Source of the DNA: a bacterium
GTDB lineage: Bacteria; B130-G9
DNA length: 12,641 nucleotides
Direction: 5' to 3'
Assembly (NCBI GenBank): GCA_021160245.1
Contig: JAGHCW010000197.1
Location: forward strand, 1-12,641
This document shows positions 1 through 6,440 of the stretch, in pieces. Position numbers and translations under genes: made by a program. The notes under the pieces are model-generated. The model made no database searches. It was not told the DNA's origin and was given only the letters and a program-made list of their open reading frames with translations. The stretch's first letter is position 1. Every line of letters begins with the position of its first letter.

Positions 1-219
1 GCGAGGCCATCTTGCCAGCCGGCGGACGGTCTCTTTGGCCGCAATCGCGACTAGCCATGACGGCTTTGACGCGGAGACCACCCGCGCTAAAGTCCTTATG
101 CGCCTCGAGGATAAGATACCCATAACAGCATATTAGCAGGAATTGCCGCATTGGGAATATAGAGATTGGTTCCTTGAATGATCACGCGCCCATCAGCCCC
201 TTCTGCATATTTTGTCCTA

Positions 220-246
220 TTGAAATGCAACCACATCCTGTATTAT
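220..246 (+). promoter_or_regulatory. Candidate sigma70-type promoter for the + strand operon
   Basis: TTGAAA at 220-225 and TATTAT at 241-246 are separated by a short 15-nt spacer. A second TATTAT lies at 255-260. This is the only AT-rich stretch upstream of the first gene. The call is by eye only, and spacing is shorter than the 17-nt optimum. Confidence 0.3.
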
Positions 247-292
247 CAATAGAGTATTATTGAATGGCGGTGGTTAAGACATCGAATGCGCG

Positions 293-1369
293 TTGAGAGG
301 AATGCAGGTGGAAACGCTTAGGGAGCAGATCGAGGAAAGAGAGGGTCAATTTCTCTGCGATAAGGCTATGCTGAGCCGTAACAGCCGAGGCCGAAAGCGA
401 GACGAGTCGGAATGCGACATTCGGACCTGTTTCCAGCGTGACAGGGACAGGATCATCCACAGCAAGTCGTTCAGGCGATTGATGCACAAGACCCAAGTAT
501 TCTTAAAGCCTCGAGATGACCATTACCGAACTAGGTTGACACACACGCTCGAGGTCGGTCAGATAGCGCGGACAATATCACGGGCGCTGCGACTGAACGA
601 GGACCTGGTTGAGGCGATTGCCATGGGTCACGATCTCGGTCACACGCCATTTGGACACTCGGGAGAGGCAGCGCTGCAAGAGGTTCATCCGGGGGGGTTT
701 GAGCATCCGGAGCAATCGCTGAGGGTTGTGGACTGTCTTGAGCGGCAGGGCAAAGGCCTGAACCTCACGTTTGAGGTTCGCGATGGAATCGTCAGGCACT
801 CAAAGGGCTTATCGGACCTTATCCCTAGTGACAAGAGCGGACTGCCTCGAACGCTTGAGGGTCAGATTGTTAGGATATCGGACATCATCGCTTACGTAAA
901 TCACGACATCGACGACGCCATACGTGCCGGACTTCTGACGCCGGAGTCCATCCCCAGTGAGCTCAGCTCCGTAATTGGAACAACTCACTCCGGGAGAATC
1001 GGCGTGATGGTCAATGATGTTATCCGGGCAACCTGGGACGTTGGAATGGAGTTCATCGCCATGAGCGGCAGAATATGTGAGGCAACGGAGCGGCTGCGCG
1101 CATTTCTGCATCGGGAGGTCTATAACAACCCAACGTCCGTTGAGCAGTTCGACAAGGCCAAGAGGCTTTTGAAGCGGCTTTATCAATACTACCTCGAGCA
1201 TTTGCATCTTGTGCCTACGCCACGATTTCAGCCCAAATCGGAGAATGCTAATCAGATTGTTTGCGACTATATAGCTGGGATGACGGACGGGTTTGCCATA
1301 TTGTGTTATGAGGATGTTTTTATACCGAGACCGTGGGCACGAGCGGAGGGCGGAGATGTTTATACCTGA
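293..1369 (+). CDS. dgt: dGTP triphosphohydrolase-like HD-domain phosphohydrolase (Dgt family)
   Basis: Shows the Dgt-family signature: FQRDRDRIIHSKSFRRLMHKTQVF, DHYRTRLTHTLEVGQIAR and the HD metal motif GHDLGHTPFGHSGE. The ORF opens with TTG at 293; ATG at 302 and GTG at 308 are alternative starts, and GAGG at 297-300 could serve as an RBS. The 3' end overlaps the next gene by 14 nt. Confidence 0.85.
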   Translation: MRGMQVETLREQIEEREGQFLCDKAMLSRNSRGRKRDESECDIRTCFQRDRDRIIHSKSFRRLMHKTQVFLKPRDDHYRTRLTHTLEVGQIARTISRALRLNEDLVEAIAMGHDLGHTPFGHSGEAALQEVHPGGFEHPEQSLRVVDCLERQGKGLNLTFEVRDGIVRHSKGLSDLIPSDKSGLPRTLEGQIVRISDIIAYVNHDIDDAIRAGLLTPESIPSELSSVIGTTHSGRIGVMVNDVIRATWDVGMEFIAMSGRICEATERLRAFLHREVYNNPTSVEQFDKAKRLLKRLYQYYLEHLHLVPTPRFQPKSENANQIVCDYIAGMTDGFAILCYEDVFIPRPWARAEGGDVYT

Positions 1370-2225
1370 GATTGACCTTCATCTTCATTCCAACGCCTCA
1401 GACGGGACCGAGACCCCTTCGGTTCTGGTTCGCATGGCGAGTGAGCTCGGGCTTGCGGCAATATCGCTCACCGACCATGACACCATTGAGGGCGTCGCTG
1501 AGGCCATGAGCGAGGGTGAGCGACTGGGCGTCGAGGTCATTCCCGGCATTGAGCTCAATTCCTTCTTCATGGGGCGTCCCGTTCATATTCTGGGCCTCCT
1601 TATTGACCCGGCGAGTGATTCCCTGAGAGATTTTGCGGCGAGGCGGCGCGAGGCGCGCCTCGTGAGGGCGAGGGAGATGATTCGAAGGCTTGCCGAGGCG
1701 GGGAAGCCAATCGATATGGACTTGGTGCTTAAGACAGCCGAGGGGGGCATAGTCGGCCGAGTGCATATCGCCCGTGCCCTTGTTCAGCGCGGCGCCGCTG
1801 CATCCGTGTCCGAGGCTTTCAAGAGCTACGTGAGACGAGGCTCGCCATACTATGTGTCGCTGGACAAACCGACCCCCGAGCAGGTGATCGCTGTGATACA
1901 AGATGCCGGGGGTATTGCCGCGCTTGCGCATCCGATCTTCATCCCAGATGATGTTCTGACTTCCCTGCTTCCGATCATCCTCAGCGCCGGCATCGGCGCG
2001 GTAGAGGTGCTTTGCGGCCTGAACAAGGACAAGGCTCAGGATATAGAAAAGCACTTGCAGCGGTGCTCGGAGATGTCTGCGTTTGCAGCGGAGCACAACC
2101 TTGCGCGATGCGGAGGCTCCGATTACCACGGGCTCTCGGTGAAGGGCATCCGGCTGGGTTCCGCTCATGTGCCAATTCAGTTTCTCGAGGAACTGAAGGA
2201 GAAGCACCGTGCGATGCAAGGATGA
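1356..2225 (+). CDS. PHP-family metal-dependent phosphoesterase, TrpH/YciV (RNase AM)-like 5'-3' exonuclease family
   Basis: PHP motifs IDLHLHSNASDG and ISLTDHDT are present, with later ALAHP and GGSDYHG metal ligands. ATG at 1356 is preceded by GGAGG at 1345-1349. The ORF-track start at 1293 would overlap dgt by 77 nt, so 1356 is preferred. The stop TGA at 2223-2225 overlaps the next ATG as ATGA. Confidence 0.8.
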   Translation: MFIPEIDLHLHSNASDGTETPSVLVRMASELGLAAISLTDHDTIEGVAEAMSEGERLGVEVIPGIELNSFFMGRPVHILGLLIDPASDSLRDFAARRREARLVRAREMIRRLAEAGKPIDMDLVLKTAEGGIVGRVHIARALVQRGAAASVSEAFKSYVRRGSPYYVSLDKPTPEQVIAVIQDAGGIAALAHPIFIPDDVLTSLLPIILSAGIGAVEVLCGLNKDKAQDIEKHLQRCSEMSAFAAEHNLARCGGSDYHGLSVKGIRLGSAHVPIQFLEELKEKHRAMQG

Positions 2226-3418
2226 CACCAGTTTCACAGAACCGCGATGGCGATACTGACATCTTGGATGGCTCGATGAACCACGAGCTTGAGGCCATTG
2301 TGGTCGGCGCGGGCCCGGCGGGAGGCATCTGCGCTCTTGAGCTCGCGTCCGCCGGAATCGATGTGGCTCTGCTCGAGAAAGAGGCCCTCCCGCGCTTTAA
2401 GCTATGCGCCGGTGGCTTCAGCGAGAGGGCACAAGATTTGCTGGGGCTGGATATCTCAGACGCCATCACAAACAAGGTCGAGGCGGTGGATTTCCTGGGC
2501 AAACATCGCTCTCGTCTCCGCAAGGATTCCACCAGCATCTTCGGCTCAATAGTCGACCGGAAACTCTTCGACGCGATCATTGTGGACGAGGCGCGCCTCG
2601 CTGGATGCGCCGTTTATGACGGTGCGGGGGCCCACTCGATTGAGCGTGAGGGTGGTTTATTCCGGGTGGCCACGCAAGACGGGCGCACGTTCACGAGCAA
2701 GGCCCTTGTGGGGGCGGACGGTTCCCGCTCAGTTGTCCGGCGCCATCTTGGCTTGCCTAATTTGAGGCGCCGAGGCGTAACCGTGATGTTTGAGCTCTTG
2801 CCTAATACGGATGTGAACCTTGAGAGCACAACGATCAAGCTCGATTTCGGCGTGGTTGATCACGGATATATGTGGATATTTCCGTTCGGCAAGGGCCTAT
2901 CTGTTGGAGCTGTAACCTCAAATAACTACTTGCCCGGCGCGAGGGCGAAGGTCTTGGAGTACATTGAGGACGACGAGGCGCTCTCATCGGGTTTCGATGT
3001 AAAATTTCTGGGTGGGTGTGTGGTTCCATATTGGACAGGCGAGCGTCGTGTCGGAGACGGGGGTTGCCTTCTTGCGGGCGATGCCGCCGGCCTTGTGGAC
3101 GCCTTCATGGGGGAGGGCTTGAGCTGGGCCATCTTGAGCGGTCGTATCGCGGCTGAAGCCATCATCACGCAGCGTGGGGCCGGGCGTGGGCCGCTTGGCC
3201 TACATGCGAGATACGCCACCGCGTTGAGACGCGAAGTCCTGCCCGAGCTGAGAAAGGCCTATTGGTTCGGGCGCCTCGCCTACAAGTATAAAGAGCCCAT
3301 TTTCAAACTCGTTTCGAGACTGAGCTTCGATGGTGATGTCTTCACTAAGATGACGAGGAGCAGGGTCTCCTATAGGGCACTCATCGCTCGAATGTTCAGG
3401 CAGTTGATCCGCTTTTAG
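2222..3418 (+). CDS. FAD-dependent oxidoreductase, geranylgeranyl reductase family
   Basis: Shows the Rossmann motif IVVGAGPAGG and the KLCAGG motif (GGR-type conserved Cys), plus GADGSRSVVRRHLG and GDAAGLVDAFMGEGLSWAILSG FAD-binding motifs. ATG at 2222 overlaps the upstream stop as ATGA. An alternative start at 2276 (MNHELEAIVVGAGPAGG) gives a more typical distance to the Rossmann motif. The ORF-track start at 2012 is rejected. Confidence 0.8.
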   Translation: MTPVSQNRDGDTDILDGSMNHELEAIVVGAGPAGGICALELASAGIDVALLEKEALPRFKLCAGGFSERAQDLLGLDISDAITNKVEAVDFLGKHRSRLRKDSTSIFGSIVDRKLFDAIIVDEARLAGCAVYDGAGAHSIEREGGLFRVATQDGRTFTSKALVGADGSRSVVRRHLGLPNLRRRGVTVMFELLPNTDVNLESTTIKLDFGVVDHGYMWIFPFGKGLSVGAVTSNNYLPGARAKVLEYIEDDEALSSGFDVKFLGGCVVPYWTGERRVGDGGCLLAGDAAGLVDAFMGEGLSWAILSGRIAAEAIITQRGAGRGPLGLHARYATALRREVLPELRKAYWFGRLAYKYKEPIFKLVSRLSFDGDVFTKMTRSRVSYRALIARMFRQLIRF

Positions 3419-3476
3419 AGATATACGCGCCGGCAGTTAATCGATCTGATGCTAAATCGACGGGGATAATGGTCGG

Positions 3477-5792
3477 ATGACAGGTCTCGGTCCATTCATT
3501 GAGAAGATGATGACCTCAAAAGAGGCCGAGCGATGTATCGCCGCGAGCTGTGAGATTGCAGGGAAGGCCGCCCGATATGTCTCAGTTGCGCCGCCTTTGC
3601 CGGACCCACTCCTCCGGGGCCTCTCTGCTATCGGGATTGAGAAGTTGTACTCCCACCAGGCGGCGGCTATTGAGTCGGTGCGTCAAGGCCGGGACATTGT
3701 CGTTGTAACTTCGACGGCCAGCGGCAAATCGCTTTGCTACAATTTACCTATTCTCGAATCGCTGCTTTTCGACCCTTCCGGCAAGGCCGTTCTCATGTTC
3801 CCGACCAAGGCGCTCTCTTATGACCAGCAGGCGGCGCTGCAAGGTCTGGTTGCATCGGAACCCGAGCTGTCTGGGCGGGTCGTGTCTGGGGTATATGATG
3901 GCGATACGCCGAGCCACGCGCGAAGGAAAGTGCGAGAGAGGGCCAACGTTCTCATCACAAACCCGGACATGCTTCATCAGGGCATTCTGCCACATCATTC
4001 TCGCTGGGCGGGCCTCTTCTCGGGACTTAGGTTCGTCGTTTTGGATGAACTGCACACCTATCGGGGCATCTTCGGCTCGAATGTCGCGAATGTTATTCGA
4101 AGGCTACAACGAATTTGTGAACAATACGGCGCCAAGCCTCAGTTTATTTGCTGTTCGGCAACGATCAACAATCCCAAAGAACTTGCATCGAGGCTTACGG
4201 GCCGTCCGGTTGACCTGATAGACGACGATGGCGCGCCGCAGAGCAAAAGGCATTTCATTATATGGAACGCGCCCCCCGTTGACGCTAACGGACTGATCAG
4301 GCCGACCCGGGCGGGTCAGGCGGAGCGGCTAATATCCGAACTAATGTCCGCTGATGTGCAGACAATCGCCTTCACAAGAACCCGTATGGGTGCTGAGATT
4401 CTCTCGAAGAACATAAAGGCTCGCCTTGAGAAGCAAAAGAGTCCCCTTGCGGACCGCGTTAAGCCCTATCGAGGAGGCTACCTAGCCGAGAAGAGGCGCA
4501 GGACTGAGTCGGACCTGATGAAGCGGAAGCTGCTCGCGGTCGTAAGTACCTCGGCACTTCAGCTTGGGGTTGACATAGGGTCGCTGCAAGGGTGCGTCAT
4601 AGTCGGTTACCCCGGCACCATAGCCGGAACATGGCAGCAGGCGGGGCGTGCCGGACGAAAGCAGGGCGCGTCTCTTGCGATACTCGTGGCGGGGGCAGAC
4701 CCAGTCGATCAATACATCGCCCAGAACCCCTCCTACATCTTCGACCGGAACCCGGAGGATGCCGTCATAGACCCGATGAATCCATACATTCTCACCCAGC
4801 ATATATGTTGTGCCGCTATGGAGAGACCACTTAGGGAGGAGGACGAGGCCTTCTTTGGCCCTATGTTCAGGTCGATTGTGAAACTCCTCTCGGACTGTCA
4901 GAAACTAAAACGTATCGGCGAGACCTGGTTCTGGTCAACTGATGAATACCCATCCGGGCAGGCCGGGCTTCGAACCGTGAGCGGCAAGAAACTCACAATA
5001 CAGGCTTGGGATATGACCCATTCCGGCGACGTGGTGGGCGAGATTGACGCCGCCAGCGTTCCGTTCATAGCGCATCCCGAGGCAGTCTATCTGCATGAGG
5101 GTGAGACGTTCCTTGTGGCACATGTCGATTATGGCAGAGGCATCGTGACGGTTCAGCAGGAAGATGTCGGATATTTCACGACGCCAGTTGTCAGCACGTC
5201 GATAGACCTTAAGGAAACATACGAAAAAAAAGAGCTGCGCGGCCTCACGATCGCCTGGACGTCGGTATCCGTGACGTCTCAGACGACAGGATACATGAGG
5301 CGCCGGTTCTCGACGTTTGAGAATCTCGGGACATACGAGGTCTCGCTTGAGCCCGTTATCCTTGACACTGTGGCGACCTACATTATGATCGATGAGAGCT
5401 TGAGGGATGCTCTTGCGCTTGAGAATCTGCCGGCGGTTGGTGGCATTGTGGGTTTGAAGAATCTACTCTCCGTTGTGGTTCCACTGATTGCTATGTGTGA
5501 CAGGCTCGACATCGGGATTGTGCTTGATTCCGAGAACTTGGGCGAGCAGGCTATCTTCGTATTCGACAGGTTTGACGGGGGACTGGGCTTCTCCGAGAGA
5601 GTTATGGACAGGATTGAGGAGGTTCTCGCGATGTGCCTCAAGGTGGTGTGTGGATGCCCCTGCAAGAGGGGGTGCCCATCCTGTGTCGGGATCGCGGACC
5701 CATCGACCGAGTCGCCTGTGCTTCCAGAAAGTATGCAGTCAAAAAGAAAGAGCGCCACGAGGAGATTGCTGGAGCTTGCGCTGGATGAATAG
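3477..5792 (+). CDS. Superfamily-2 DEAD/DEAH-box helicase with C-terminal DUF1998 (MrfA_Zn-binding) domain, MrfA/YprA family
   Basis: Walker A is TSTASGKS, motif II is VLDELH, motif VI is QQAGRAGR. The C-terminal CLKVVCGCPCKRGCPSCVG matches the CxCxxGCPxC Cys4 signature of DUF1998. ATG at 3477 has a weak GGGGAT RBS; an alternative start lies at the MMTSKEAE methionines. Confidence 0.9.
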   Translation: MTGLGPFIEKMMTSKEAERCIAASCEIAGKAARYVSVAPPLPDPLLRGLSAIGIEKLYSHQAAAIESVRQGRDIVVVTSTASGKSLCYNLPILESLLFDPSGKAVLMFPTKALSYDQQAALQGLVASEPELSGRVVSGVYDGDTPSHARRKVRERANVLITNPDMLHQGILPHHSRWAGLFSGLRFVVLDELHTYRGIFGSNVANVIRRLQRICEQYGAKPQFICCSATINNPKELASRLTGRPVDLIDDDGAPQSKRHFIIWNAPPVDANGLIRPTRAGQAERLISELMSADVQTIAFTRTRMGAEILSKNIKARLEKQKSPLADRVKPYRGGYLAEKRRRTESDLMKRKLLAVVSTSALQLGVDIGSLQGCVIVGYPGTIAGTWQQAGRAGRKQGASLAILVAGADPVDQYIAQNPSYIFDRNPEDAVIDPMNPYILTQHICCAAMERPLREEDEAFFGPMFRSIVKLLSDCQKLKRIGETWFWSTDEYPSGQAGLRTVSGKKLTIQAWDMTHSGDVVGEIDAASVPFIAHPEAVYLHEGETFLVAHVDYGRGIVTVQQEDVGYFTTPVVSTSIDLKETYEKKELRGLTIAWTSVSVTSQTTGYMRRRFSTFENLGTYEVSLEPVILDTVATYIMIDESLRDALALENLPAVGGIVGLKNLLSVVVPLIAMCDRLDIGIVLDSENLGEQAIFVFDRFDGGLGFSERVMDRIEEVLAMCLKVVCGCPCKRGCPSCVGIADPSTESPVLPESMQSKRKSATRRLLELALDE

Positions 5793-5796
5793 ATAG

Positions 5797-6360
5797 GTGA
5801 ACAAGTTGGATAGACCCACAAGTATCGGGCTCCTTGAGCTCAACAGCGTCGCCATTGGGATTAAAGCCTGCGACGTCATGCTAAAGGCGGCGTTTGTGAA
5901 GCTCTTGCGGGCTACCACAATCTGCCCCGGCAAATACGTGATCATGGTCTATGGCGGTGTGGACGCAGTCAGCGCCTCGGTCCGAGATGGCCGCGACGCT
6001 GGCGGGGAAAACGTCATCGATCACCTGATCATCCCGAATATCCACTCGTCCGTAATCCCGGCCATTGCTGCCGTAACCGAGGTTCAAGAGGTGGATGCGG
6101 TCGGCGTCATAGAGACCTTCTCGGCCGCATCCGCCATCGTCGCGGGGGACCTTGCGGCAAAAGCGGCGGACGTTCAGCTGATAGAGGTCAGGCTCGCAAA
6201 TGGCCTGGGCGGAAAGTCGTTCGTCGTTCTGACGGGTGATGTGTCGGCCGTTCAGGCTGCTATAGCTGCTGGTTCCGCCCATCCAAAGGAGCAGGGACTA
6301 TTCGTTCAAAGCGTCGTCATCCCGTCGCCTCACGAAGAGCTCAAGGATGCGCTGCTATAA
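5797..6360 (+). CDS. Bacterial microcompartment tandem-domain shell protein (BMC-T), PduT-like
   Basis: Two BMC domains are present: SIGLLELNSVAIGIKACDVMLKAAFVKLL...TTICPGKY and AVGVIETFSAASAIVAGDLAAKAADVQLIEV...GDVSAVQAAIAAGS...VVIPSPHEEL. These are collinear with PduT (AIGILELTSIA...KTICPGKF / AVGIVETWSVA...VIPRPHEAM). Cys43 (codon TGC at 5923-5925) aligns with the PduT Fe-S ligand Cys38. The start is GTG at 5797, 4 nt after the helicase stop; TTG at 5806 with AGGTGA 6 nt upstream is an alternative. Confidence 0.85.
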   Translation: MNKLDRPTSIGLLELNSVAIGIKACDVMLKAAFVKLLRATTICPGKYVIMVYGGVDAVSASVRDGRDAGGENVIDHLIIPNIHSSVIPAIAAVTEVQEVDAVGVIETFSAASAIVAGDLAAKAADVQLIEVRLANGLGGKSFVVLTGDVSAVQAAIAAGSAHPKEQGLFVQSVVIPSPHEELKDALL

Positions 6361-6361
6361 T

Positions 6362-6383
6362 CCAGATGCGTACGTTCATCTGG
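6362..6383. terminator. Possible bidirectional terminator hairpin between convergent genes
   Basis: A perfect 7-bp stem (CCAGATG at 6362-6368 and CATCTGG at 6377-6383) with an 8-nt loop lies immediately after the TAA stop of the BMC-T gene. It sits in the 80-nt gap before the convergent lipoprotein gene. There is no U-tract, so it is weak as an intrinsic terminator. Confidence 0.3.
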
Positions 6384-6440
6384 CCGGACAACTCGGATAG
6401 CTCGGCCGTCAGAAAACAACGCGATTTGCTGCTTCCGTGA

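Noticed and set aside
1-54. Possible 3' end of an upstream + strand gene (frame 1 open to TAG at 52-54)
   Set aside because: Only 17 codons are visible, which is too short to support any call.
691-697. G7 homopolymer in dgt and A8 homopolymer (5224-5231) in the helicase gene as possible slip-strand phase-variation sites
   Set aside because: Both reading frames are intact across the runs, and single short homopolymers are common. There is no evidence of frameshifted alleles from one sequence.
1293-1355. 21-codon extension of the PHP ORF upstream of ATG 1356
   Set aside because: ATG 1356 has a GGAGG RBS, and the PHP His-x-His motif begins 7 residues after it. The extension would overlap dgt by 77 nt.
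2012-2221. 70-codon N-terminal extension of the GGR-family ORF (ORF-track start at 2012)
   Set aside because: It would overlap the PHP gene by 214 nt, and the extension (MRPEQGQGSGYRKALAAV...) has no similarity to GGR N-termini. ATG at 2222 (ATGA overlap) or 2276 places the Rossmann motif correctly.
1398-2580. Long - strand ORFs (279 aa at 1398-2237, 199 aa at 1981-2580, 61 aa and 60 aa) antisense to the PHP and GGR genes
   Set aside because: They lie entirely inside well-supported + strand genes. They have Arg/Pro/Ser-rich, low-complexity translations typical of antisense frames in GC-rich DNA, no recognisable motifs and no RBS.
3744-5821. Several 60-150 aa ORFs on both strands inside the helicase gene (e.g. 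3744-4055 -, 3820-4218 +, 4482-4802 -, 5378-5821 -, 5488-5796 +)
   Set aside because: All are embedded in the helicase CDS, whose own frame shows all SF2 motifs. None shows a domain signature.
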